A DNA stretch of 64,000 bases from the human T2T-CHM13v2.0 reference genome, Homo sapiens: the NCBI RefSeq assembly GCF_009914755.1, contig NC_060936.1. The stretch is one strand, 5' to 3'. Position 1 is the stretch's first letter. Every line of letters begins with the position of its first letter. Positions 33,000 to 44,535 of this stretch are shown piece by piece. A program made the translations under genes and the position numbers. The notes under the pieces are model-generated. The model had not been told where the DNA came from, made no database searches, and was given only the letters and a program-made list of their open reading frames with translations.

Positions 33000-33230
33000 G
33001 CAATAATAAAATAACATTTACATAGCAATTTATACTTTACAAAGAGATTTCATGATCATTTCTTTATTTTATCCCTGTAAATACTCTGCAAAGGAGATAG
33101 GGCAGGGAGAGCTACCCTTTTTCTAAAAGAAGAAGAAACAGAGAGAGGTTGACCTGCCCCTAATCATACAACTACTATGTGGGAGAAACCTGGTTTCCTG
33201 GGTGCACTCTTGCCACCACACCTTGCTCCA
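33000..33230 (-). mobile_element. MIR SINE
   Basis: AATAACATTTACATAGCAATTTATACTTTACAAAG...GAAGAAACAGAG. Confidence 0.6.
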
Positions 33231-33527
33231 CTGGTGAGTAGGAAAAGCCACCCAACTCTTCAGACCCACAGCAAAAGAGAATGTGCAGCCTGCTGCGAGA
33301 GTGTGTGTGCATGGATATGTGGAAGTTTGCGGTAATGCTACAAACAGGGAGCATCACAGTAAAAGACACTATTTTATATAAGAGAGGTGGCACAGGGAGA
33401 AAGAGAAAGAAGGAGAGGGAGAGAGAATGAGAGTAAAAGTGAGAATAAGAGGGTGGATCTTGAGGAAAGAAAGAGGGTGATAGAATCTGAAAACCGTACA
33501 CTAAAACTAAAAACCAAAATGTCAAAA

Positions 33528-33853
33528 CTTTTTTTGTTTTTGTTTTTCAAGACGGGGTCTTGCTGTGTTGCCCAGGCTGAAGTACAGTGGAGTGATCATA
33601 GCTCACTGCAACTTCCAGCTCCTGGGCTCAAGTGATCCCCCCCCCACCTCAGTCTCCCAAGTTGCTAGGACTACAAACACACACAACCATGCCTGGCTAA
33701 GTTCTTTAAAATTTATTAATTTTAAAAAAATTGTTTTAAAGATGAGTTCTCGCTATGTTGCCCGGACTTGTCTCAAACTCCCGGCCTCAAGTGTTCCTCC
33801 CACCTCAGCCTCCAGAGTTGCTGGGTTTACAGGTGCAAGTCACTGCACCTGGA
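33528..33853 (-). mobile_element. AluJ(o)
   Basis: Antisense dimer; GATCATAGCTCACTGC, CTCCTGGGCTCAAG. Confidence 0.92.
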
Positions 33854-36800
33854 GTAAACATTTTCTAAGGGAACAAAATAAAAGGGAGAGAACTCACAGA
33901 AATGAGACCACTCAAGTCTCAAGCCCTATCTAGCATAAGCAAAACACTACCATTATAAAGAAATGCCTGAATAAACATACAGTCTAAACTCACAGAGCTC
34001 CTTATTTGGAAGGAGCATATCATCTAAAAGGATGAATGATATCTGTAAAGCTCACTGGAGACAGGCTCAAGGTGGTAGGTAGTTGGATTTTCCAGGATCA
34101 ATAGATTGCTTGAGGCAAGTACCAGCAACAGAGCCAGTGGATGGCCACCTCTAAGAGGCTAGGGTCATGTTTCAGCTTTTCTTTGTAAGGGAAACTCCCT
34201 AGCCCCATGGTTTCCCAGCATTCAGGGCAGCACAAGAACCATTAATGGGAACAGAAGGTAGATGCTGGACTCAAAATCTGTACTGGATCTCTGCCACTCT
34301 GACTTGGCCACTCCATTTAGAGGCCTCTTGTTGCAGGGCTTTGGTCAGGAGCTCTTTTATAGGCCTGCCCATGCAAAGAGTATAGTTATCATGTGAAGAA
34401 AGTTTTCTCTGACCCCTGAGGGTACAGAAAAGAAAAGGCTTGTGTGAGTACTGAGTGCCAATGAACCTGTTAAAAAGATGTTCTGTTTAGGGCACCTCCT
34501 GGAGCACTTGTTCAATCAGTGCACAGAGCCTGAGTATACTTTGGAACTGGGAGGGAGGGCAAGTGCCTGAGGAGTGCACCTGTCAGACATTGGTTGTTAA
34601 CCACTGTCTCTTTCCACTAAGCCTGGACATAGCTAGCCAAGCCACTGTCATCAATAACCAGTCTGAATTGGCATAATAAATAACATCTCTTTGCCAACTT
34701 TCTCCTAGATATTCGGGTAACGTTACACACTTGTTACACTTTTGTGATAGGCAATGAACAGTTTGGGGGGGACATGAAACATTATGAGAAGGTGAGACAA
34801 GCTTAGGTTCCCCAGGTGAATATTTGGCCCTATTTTACCATGGGCCAGAGTCATTAAATGCTTTAGTCCTTTGAAAGATGTAGCGGCAAGAATAGAAAAG
34901 GTAAGGTGATGAGCCACCCAGTTATGGAGCCCTCCAAATGCTATGGGGATGTAAGCACTCTTGGAAACATATCTGGCCACTGTGAATGAAAACAAATGGA
35001 TCAGAACCAACTACTTTTAGGATAAAATATCATCACAATAAAAATATGGTAAAAGACAATAAATAAGAAAAGGAAAAAAATCCACAGATCACTGGCTGCT
35101 TGGATTTTTCAAAGAAAAGTATGTAGCTGGTGCTATTTTTACACATCTCGGGTGTATTTCCAAGGCCACAAAATGAGTTGACAATGATTTACTGACTTTT
35201 GAACATAATTTGCAGCTGCTTTGTATCTCAAACTAAGTCTCAATTTAATCGTGAATTAGTCGCAGCTATGGTAAAATGCAAACTTCAATTTAGCATTGGG
35301 AGAGAGAGTAAAGTCAAAACAACCACTTGTTTCTTGATTCAACCAAGTAATTGGTTGATCTGGGGAAGAAGAAAACAATTGTTTGAGAGAATTGGTCACA
35401 AAGATCTCAGCAGACTCTCAACACAGGCCCAGCCACTGAGCCTGCGGCCATGTCATTATTGCTGTTTCCCCAATAGACTGTTCCCTCAATGGCACCGACG
35501 TTCTGTGATTATCTGATGAGACCACTAGAAACCCTGAATGGCTCAGTTGTCTCTCCTGCCAGTCTCCTTTCCTCATACTAAGGCTTATTATGTGTGAAAG
35601 AAATAAATACATTAAGTGGGAAAGTGATAGAATTGAAAAGACAATGAACAGCTGCATTGAAATATATCTTTTCAATTTAGTGCTTTATTTAAGGGTTTCA
35701 ACTCAGCATAGAGACATTACGTTTTCTTGAGCCATCCAGGAAATCATATCAGTTACAAGAAGGTTGGCTCACTTGAGCCTCTGATTTGCCTGCCCATTTA
35801 ATGGAGAAGATAAAAGGCTGCATTAGGCTCTCTACTTTGTCCTTCATGGGACTCCATCTCAATTCTCTGCAGTCATCCACACTCTTTTTTTTCCAAAGAC
35901 CTATTGACTTTAGGGAGGGTTATTATTGCAAATGCAATTTGGTTAGATGCTCAAAAGAAAAATGCTTGACTATCAGAAACCACTATCTAAGCTAATTGCC
36001 CTTTGAGTGCAAAGTAATAAAGCTGAGAATCCATGGCAAAATTAAAAATGTGTCCAACCTGACAATTTTCACCTTGTGTTAAGGTCAAATTACTTATACT
36101 TATTCATAAATGAAGTTTCCTGACCTTGTTTTATGATTAAGAAGTGTATAGCACATTGAGTAATTACATAAATATCCTTAGTATATGTTGGATACATTAA
36201 TAGTGTTATGGGGATAGGGAAGCTATGCAAGGCCCCAAACTCTACCTCTAAAAATTGTATCCTTTTATCATGTGCATACCCACAGCTCCTTTTATATTTG
36301 TTTAGTACTTCCCTCATTATCTTAAAGTTCTATTTTATTTATTTACCTGTTTATTTTACTGTTATGACTTTCCATTTGGATGACTGCTCTTTACACCTGT
36401 TGAGAATGCAGACCCCCTGGGGGCAGCTGACCAGCCTTAAAGTGAAAACTAGTGTTCACAAGTTTATCACACTGTCCATGCTGAAGTATTTTAAAGTAGA
36501 TTCTAGTTAACATACAAATCTCTCGTGAGATCAAAGTTAGGAAATATGGTTGAAGTCAAAGGGTGTAATGGTTAATACTGAGTGTCAACTTGATTGAAGG
36601 ATACAAAATATTGATCCTGGGTGTGTCTGTGAGGGTGCTGCCAAAGGAGATTAACATTTGAGTCAGTGCGCTGGGAAAGGCAGACCCACCCTTAATCTGG
36701 GTGGGCACAATCTAATTAGCTGCAGCATGGCTAGAATATAAGCAGGCAGAAAAATATGAAAACAGAGACTGGCCTAGCCTCCCAGCCTACATCTTTCTCC

Positions 36801-36926
36801 TGTCCTGGATGCTTCCTACCCTTGAACATTGGACTCCAAGTTCAGTTTGGGGACTAGGACTGGCCCTCCTTGCTCCTCAGCCTGCAGATGGCCTATTGTG
36901 GGACCTTGTGAGTATGTGAGTTAATT

Positions 36927-36929
<3 letters not shown>

Positions 36930-36978
<49 letters not shown>
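36930..36978. repeat. (TA)n microsatellite, about 24 units
   Basis: Directly visible. Confidence 0.97.
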
Positions 36979-36980
<2 letters not shown>

Positions 36981-36985
36981 GTTTA

Positions 36986-37156
36986 TGAAGAAGGTGGGTA
37001 TAGATAACTCTGCATTTTTGCTAAAGGGGAAATGGATCAGTGGGTTACCAGAAAGTATTTTGTTTAGATGCAAAGCAATGGAGCATGTCAAAGCAATGAT
37101 ATAGCAGAAGGGTAAATAGGTGATTCAAGAGAAGGAATAATTGCAGAGTCAAGTCA
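36986..37156 (-). repeat. Inverted duplicate of 38359-38531
   Basis: Reverse complement aligns end to end with a handful of substitutions and two small indels. Confidence 0.95.
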
Positions 37157-37619
37157 TATATACCCATAATAAACCCATATATGTATATATATATTCCATT
37201 AGTTCTGTCCCTCTAGAGAACCCTGACTAATACAAAGGGACTTCAGAAAACTCTATTAGTCCCATCTTTATCTCTCTCTCTTTTTAATTTCTTCTTCCTT
37301 TTTAGCTTCTTCCAACCTTCCTTCAACATTTCCATTTATAATAAACAATCTTAAACACAACTCATTCCTCTGCAAAGACGTGGAATGTTTTTCCTACTTT
37401 CCTTACATTAAATGAGTCATAACTTACTGAAACTTAGTGGAAAACCTACTGACAAAAGAAGAATATTGACAATATAAAACCACTGGGGAAATGGTGTGAA
37501 GCAAGGAGGAGGTCCCTAAGCCTCTTGAACAGGGCTGATAAGAGTGAAATAGGTGCTCTTCAGAGTCAACGGAAACAGTAGGGATGGTGGGGTTTATTCT
37601 AGGACCACATAATAAGAGG

Positions 37620-38025
37620 AATGAAAGTGCTATCTATAGTAATTACATTTTTTACACCTACCATATTGGCAAAAAAATTGATAACATGAAGATGTGTGGA
37701 AATGCATTCATAAATTATTGGCAAACATACATTTTTACATTCTTTGTAGATGTCCATTTGCCAATATCTATTAGAATTACCATTGCATATAAATTTTGAC
37801 CCCAACATTTCACTTCTAGGAATTCATTGTTCAGTTCCATGTACACGTGCAAAGACATATGTAGGAAGATATTTCTTGCAGCATTGTTTATAGTAGCAAC
37901 TAAAATAAACAGTAATAAGGAAATGGTAAAATAAATAAAATATGGCACATACAGCTCGATGCTATATGTAGTCATTTATTAAAAAATGAGGCAGCTCCAT
38001 ATGTACCCATAGACATGGAACATTC
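37620..38025 (+). mobile_element. L1ME-type 3' region
   Basis: TTTGACCCCAACATTTCACTTCTAGGAATT...GCAGCATTGTTTATAGTAGCAA. Confidence 0.75.
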
Positions 38026-38029
38026 CTTG

Positions 38030-38200
38030 CCTCAGTTATCTATTTCTATCATGATGGCATGTAACACATCATCAAAAATTTAGTGGCTTAACACCATAAA
38101 CATGTATTTAGCTTAATCATCTGTAGGTTGATGATTTAGGCTATGCAGTTCTTCTGGTTTCAGCTGGGCTTGCTTGCATATCTGTGGATCAGCCGGATAT
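38030..38200 (-). mobile_element. MLT1 (F-I type) LTR fragment
   Basis: TGTAACACATCATCAAAAATTTAGTGGCTTAA...CAGTTCTTCTGG. Confidence 0.6.
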
Positions 38201-38329
38201 TGGCCAAAGTGATCAGAGGAATCTTTTCCCCCTCCACCATCAAATGTGCCATCATAACTCCATTGGTGCCCATATATTGTGCCTTCCCTTGTGTCATAGC
38301 AGGTGTGCTGTCCTGGCTCCGGTCTGAGG

Positions 38330-38965
38330 CTCACCCCTTTATGAGGTTATCTACTTATTGACTTGACTCTGCAATTATTGCTTCTCTTGAATCACCTATT
38401 TACCCTTCTGCTATATCATTGCTCTAAAAACATGCTACATTGCTTTGCATCTAAACAAAATACTTCCTGGTAACCCACTGATCCTTTCCCTTTTAGCAAA
38501 AATGCAGAGTTATCTATACCCACCTTCTTCACTTCCTCACTTTCCATTCTTTCTTGAACCCACTCCTGTTGAGCTGTTGTCCCCACCAATCCACTGATAC
38601 TGCTTTTGCCAGTGTCTTCATCGATTTCCATGTTGCCATGTCAAATGATTCCTTCTTCATCGTCATCTTACTCAACCTCTTGGTAGCAGTTGGCATAGTT
38701 GATCACTTTATCCTTCTTGAAACTCTCTCTTCTTTTGGCTGCAAGGAAACCTCCCTCCTTGTTTTCCACCTATCTCACTGGTTACTACTTCTCATTTTCT
38801 TGGGCTGAATCTTTTTTATCTTCCTAACTCTTAAATGTTGGAATACTCCAGGCTCAGTCCTCAAATCTCTTCTCTCTTCTTTCACAACTCATTTCCTAGA
38901 TGATTTCATCCAACCCCATAGTTTTAAATACCAACTATATGTTGATAGATCTCAAATATACTTCT
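38330..38965 (+). mobile_element. L2 ORF2 (RT-region) fragment
   Basis: TCCACTGATACTGCTTTTGCC...CATCTTACTCAACCTCTTGGTAGCA...CCTTCTTGAAACTCTCTCTTC...TATATGTTGATAGATCTCAAAT. Confidence 0.8.
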
Positions 38966-39502
38966 CTATTTGTCTTATAAGAAATATTATTCCCTGTCTG
39001 TGGAAAAATGCAATAAATAACCCTACACATATATCTTTCATTAGTATTGATTTTACTTCTTGGAAGTTGATAGTTGGGAGGAATGGTATATTTTTCAATT
39101 CTGTTGCTATTATTAAATTGCTCTTAAAAAGACAGCAACATGTCACATTTCTACCAGAAATAGTGGAGAGTATACTTTTTCTTGCAACTCTGCAAGTAAT
39201 AGGTATTCTCATTTCATTTTTGTGTCTGATGGGTTCAAGGAGATGTCAACTTTTAGTAAGCGGTGGTAACAGTCTATCTAGTGTAACTGACTGGCCAGAG
39301 TAGCAGAGTGAGAGGTGGTAGGAGGGTTATTGTTGAAATAACCAATATCCTGTGCTGTGTACTGTAAGAGAAGAAAAGAGAAGAGAAGAGGATGGGGTTT
39401 TCTGTAAAGGTTCTAGTAGAACAGCTGACCAAGCTTCCTAATGTGATGAAGATTGTGGTCCAGAGACTTTTGGAAATATAATAAATGTCCACTTTAGGCA
39501 AT

Positions 39503-39949
39503 TGTATTGATTAATGTCAGGTGCAGGGTGCAGCTAAAAGTAACAGAGACAATAACAGTACAAAAAATAATATCTTACGTGATAGTCTGGAGGTAGCAAT
39601 TCAGGATTTCAGGGTTGGTAAGGCCCTGCCCAGTGTCAGCCTTTTCTATCTGTTGAACTGAAATTCGTGGCTTCAGTTCCCAATGTCACCTCATAATCAA
39701 GTATGGCTGCTGGAGCTCCAGCAATTACATCTACATCAAGTGGAAAAAGGAAGAAATTGAAGAAGAAGAACACATTCCTTCCCTTTAAGGAAATTCCTAG
39801 AAACTGTGCACACCAATTCTGCTTATAGCTCATCAGCAAGACCAGGAAATGTCTATTCCGGATGGCCAGCTAAAAATCGAGAGTTCTTTTTCCAGGTTGA
39901 CTGAGAGAAGTAGAATGTATAATGGAGGAAATTAGAAATTTCTGCCACA
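39503..39949 (-). mobile_element. MLT1J solo LTR
   Basis: ATGGCTGCTGGAGCTCCAGCAATTACATC...CCAGCTAAAAATCGAGAGTTCT...TCTGCCACA. Confidence 0.75.
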
Positions 39950-40106
39950 GCTATCACTGTCTCAAGTAGAAATTGTCTAAGAAAAGGCTTAACTACAATG
40001 ATGATGGCAAGTTCCTGGGTTTGGGTTATTAAACACAGCCTTAGATAGGAACTGATTATCTTGAACTAAATAGACATGATTGGGTTCATTTCTACAAACT
40101 TCCTCA

Positions 40107-40310
40107 CTTGTGGTTCTCAACTAGCATTGATTTCACCCCCCAAGAGACATTTAGCAATTTGAGACATTTTAGTTGGTCCCAATTGGGAGATGGTGGATGC
40201 CACTGGCATTAATGGGTAAAGACTAAACATCCTACAATACACAGGACATTCACACAACAAAACTTATCTAGTCCAAAAATGTCATTAGTGCTGAGGTTGG
40301 TAAACCTTTC
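40107..40310. mobile_element. MER20 (hAT-Charlie)
   Basis: GTGGTTCTCAACT...ACTGGCAT...TAAACATCCTACAATACACAGGAC...AGTGCTGAGGTTG. Confidence 0.85.
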
Positions 40311-40639
40311 CATAAGCAATTCATAAAGGCTTTAGTCAAATTTCAGGGTCTAAGCAGAGAGCTGTGTGCATTGCCAATTTTGAGCGATTAAAATAATTAC
40401 ATTTCATATTACTCTGGCTTCATTTGGGCCATGGAATTCCTCATTTGATCCACTGGGTGAGAAATTAAGTAATTATTTCCCCAAAACACATGATCTCTTT
40501 TTATGTAGACTTTTTATGTTGCTATGTGGCAGTGTGACCTATCGTTATGATGTTAGTACGATCATTTCAGAATCATTTTCAACCCTCTAGACCAACCTAC
40601 TTTTCTATCCTTCCTGAGATGGGTGATGTTTTCCTCTTT

Positions 40640-40830
40640 CATATTTCCTGTTTCTCACTGCACTTACCACATTGCACAATAATCACATGTTGACACGTCT
40701 GAATCCCCTACTGGATCACAAGCTCCTTTAAATCAGGGACAATATTTTATTTATTTTTGTATTTCTAGTGCCCAGTGCAGAGTATGCAACTTAGCAGGAG
40801 CTCATAAATACACATTGAACTGAACTGAGC
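40640..40830 (+). mobile_element. L2 3' end
   Basis: CCCCTACTGGATCACAAGCTCCTT...CAGGGAC...TGTATTTCTAGTGCCCAG. Confidence 0.7.
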
Positions 40831-41825
40831 TCCTGTTTATCCTTGGGCCTCTCTTCATTCCAGGCCTGCTTGGATATCTTCTGGTTTGGCACTCACAGCA
40901 AAGAACCTATCACTAAAATGCTTCCCATTCTGGCACTTCATCTAAAATCCAGAGGATGGGAAAATTCAGAGAACAGGAACTAAGGTGTTAATAATTTAGT
41001 TTCTCCTGTGCCCTCTCTGAGTCAGCTGCCTCTCTGTGGTTTACATTTTCTCCCAACCACATCCAGCTTTCAAATATAAGTATCAACTAAAAACTCATTG
41101 AGGTGGTTTTTGATGTAGGAAACAGAAATTGAGTGTGTTCCATTTTAAAATTTTCTTGAGGGAAAGATGATACCACCTGGCCTGAAGTTGGCAGGTTGGT
41201 TCCAAGGAGGTTGAGGAACAAAGGTGGAGGAGGTAGGAAGCCATAGCAGTGAAAATGTTTGCAGGCCCAGGAGCAGGATGAGAATTTACTGCAAACTGGC
41301 GGGTGGTGTCAATTCTCTATTTTGGTTGGTGGAAGAGGTTAGCTATCATGAGAGTCCACAGGCCTATCCACACATCCTTCAGCAGGCTTCTATTGAAGGA
41401 TTCTTCTGCCTGGAGATAGTTAAGGTGGTTTCTCTTTCACTAAGAACATATCATATCCAACAGAATCCAGCACATTCTAGTTAGAGATTTTCTTGAGACC
41501 AATTTATATAACCTAACAACTATTAGGTAGAAAAGGATCTTCTCACAGCACCATGAATAGAGACAGCTTTTTCTGACCACTCATCCATCCTCATGTTTTT
41601 TTGGGGGGGTGGGGCAGGGGGGTGATTTGGGGGTTATGGTTTATTTAATGAGATGCACGGCCAATAATCTTTTAAAAATATCAAGAATACAATATCTTCT
41701 GTACTGCTGTGATGCCTCTGTTGAGACTTACTGAATGGCCATGCATGGAACTTGAATTGACCAAGACCATTTATTCATTCATACATTCAGTCATGCATAC
41801 ATGCATTTAATTTATATTTATTGAG

Positions 41826-41905
41826 CTTTTACTAGGAGCTAGATGTTCATGAAGATTGTAAGACACTTTTACTAGGAGTTAGATGTTCATGAAGATTGCA
41901 AGACA
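41826..41905. repeat. 40-bp tandem duplication inside an antisense L2 tail
   Basis: CTTTTACTAGGAGYTAGATGTTCATGAAGATTGYAAGACA x2, two mismatches. Confidence 0.95.
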
Positions 41906-42149
41906 CAGAGCATGGTTCTGTCCTGATACAGTCTAGGCAAGATAAAGATAAAAGGTGGGATGGTGATAAGAACAATGGTGACTAAGAGCTTAAGAAAATG
42001 GTACAGAGTCAGAGTGTCAGTGAGTTCAGAAGAGTAAGCAGTTCTTCAACATAGACTCCAGAGGTTGGGAAAAACTTGATGAGAAGTTGAAAACTGAGCT
42101 GAGTCTTGCAGGGTGGGTAGGATCTGGACGTGCCTTAGGGCTCTACACC

Positions 42150-42450
42150 TGTGGTTCTTTCTTCATAGAATGCTCTAATGCTTGGATCAATCCTCTTAAT
42201 TTTTTATATCTCAGATTAAAAGTAATTCCCTCAGAGAAGGCTTCCATGACCCACTGGATTAGGTAACATGCCACCTTTACGTGTCATCATAAATGTACTT
42301 CTGTGTAGCACTTATCAAAACTAGAGCTTAAAGCTCCTGAAGGAGGGACTATGTTTATCTTGTTCACCTTTGAATCCCCAGAACCTATTAAAGTTTTTGA
42401 AACTGAGTAGGTACACCATAAATATTTGTCCAAATAATAAATGAATAAGT
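42150..42450 (+). mobile_element. L2 3' end
   Basis: CCTCAGAGAAGGCTTCCATGACC...AAGCTCCTGAAGGAGGGACTATG...ATAAATATTTG. Confidence 0.75.
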
Positions 42451-44313
42451 AGGCGTAGAGAAACGGTGGGTGTTCCTGAGTAGTATGAGCGGGTGTAGAC
42501 ATGAGTGTGTGCATGGCAGGCTGTGAGGTTCTGTGTAGATTGCATAGTATACCTGTGTGTGGAGCAGTGGAACATGATTGTGAGGGTGGGTTGACTGTCT
42601 AATATCAGGGAAAGAGGTTAGTCTTTTTCTATTGGTCATGAAGCTGTGGAAACAACATACTGAAATTGATTATTTTGAAAATTAATCTGTTTATATTACA
42701 AGAGTGAATTTGATGAGGAAAGGATTTGTAGAGCTTTGCATCCTTAATAACTAACAGAAACAGGGCTGCCTTTCAAGAATCTGGAGTAGGAGCTAGTTTA
42801 TTAAACAGTGACTTAATATTTTCAAACTAGAGACAATAAGGGTCAAATCCCTACCTCATAGAGACATGGAAAATGGAAGCTCCTCGTTCCTATGATAGGT
42901 TGTGTAACCCCCATGCAGGTTTATTCTGTGAGGATGCTAAATATACCAATCAGACTGCTCCTTCATTTAGGAAATTGCACAATGAAGCTTTAAAGATTAA
43001 AATTTAATTCCTTCCATGAGTTCATCTGAATTGAAATGTCTTTTGAAAACCCAGATTGCAATATCCTCTCCCACTACTCCTCCTGACCTTTCCCTTCCTT
43101 GATTCCATTCCTCTTTAATTTCCTGAGCTCTGGCTCATATGTGGAGAATTTATTTCATTCTACAACCTCCCAAGCATTTACTCATAAAAGGATGTCCTAG
43201 AGGCAGAATGGAGCCATGTAATCATGAACACTGATTATGTGGCTTCCACCATCCTGTGGGCTCTTCACTCTCCCCTTCATTAGACCTTCAATTAGACTAT
43301 AAACTCCTTGAGGACAGGGTCCAATCATAATTCACCCTTGCATCCACTTATCATTACCTGCATTTTGTGGAGATAGCTCTTTGGTATGTTTGTTGAATGA
43401 TTTGAGTCATTCAACAAACGACTCAAGAATGGGTCAGAAGTTTAGATGCAGTTTGCTGGCTCTCATCTGGGAATGAGAGAAAGTCTCATACAGTCCCTCT
43501 AGAACTAGGACTTTTCTGGAATCAGAGTAGAATCAGCCCCACTAATTCTGGTGGGTTCTGGTTTCACTTTAGCCAGACTTGGCTACCTGTCCTTTTAGTT
43601 ATCTGACCAATTTAGTTATGCTACTAGGTCCAGGCTTCTTACTTGGGAGGTGGCCAGGCACATGCTAATGATTCCAAGTCAGAGTTGCAGTAGAGTTGAG
43701 AGGGATAAGAAATAAAAATGTCCCATTCTGTGACTGGAAAGTAATCTACTAGATCTATTAAGATTCCTGAAAATGACTCTCTAACATTATGGTATGTGTG
43801 GAATTGCTCACACATATGTGTATTACACACATGTAATAAACACGTGAATGAAGTTTGCTGTTCGTTTCACCCCATCTTGTAAATACAATTCAGGCAAATG
43901 GAAGAGTTGGCAGAGCAGTGGAAAAGGCATTAGAATCAGATTCTATCTTCCCAATAATTTAATAAGACTCAGCCTTCTCACCCATAAAATAAGGAGTTGG
44001 AATACAACAGCTCTTTAGAGCACTTCTAGCTCTCAAATTCCATTATTCATCAGCCTGCCAGAAAATACATCTTCCCTTGCCAAATATGGACTCAACACCC
44101 CACCTCTTCCAGAAGTTCCCCAGATACCCCTACACACCTCCCTGGTTTCAGCCTCCTACTTCTCCAGCCTTCTCCAAGGCATTCTTCTCTCCCACTGCTA
44201 GCCCACACCTAAAAAAATGACTTCTTTTTATCAGCTCTTTTCTCTTTGCTTCCTCTTTCTGCATTCAAACCAGATTCGTCTCCAATATTGTTTGTTCACT
44301 GCCTAATGAAGAT

Positions 44314-44535
44314 CAGGTCTGCAGTATGATTCTCATGGGTCCCAGGCACTTTTGCCTTCATGGGCCCCTTACTCCATTAAAAAATATTAAAACTGTTATT
44401 TTACAACTGTGTTAGTATAAAGTTGATTATTTTAATACTTTATATTAAAACATTTTCTGCAGCCTCAAGATTGTTGTGTGTGTGTGCGTGTTGTGTGTGT
44501 GTTTACTACTACGCCTAATGGATGGGTTGGCTCTG
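44314..44535 (-). mobile_element. hAT-Tip100 relic (ORSL-like)
   Basis: GGGTCCCAGGCACTTTTGCCTTCATGGGCCCCTT...GCCTAATGGATGGGTTGGCTCTG. Confidence 0.65.

Larger units (their letters stand above)
36564..37234 (+). mobile_element. MLT2A (A1/A2, ERVL) solo LTR carrying a complex insertion
   Basis: TGTAATGGTTAATACTGAGTGTCAACTTGATTG...CTAGAGAACCCTGACTAATACA; perfect 5-bp TSD AAGGG. Confidence 0.93.
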
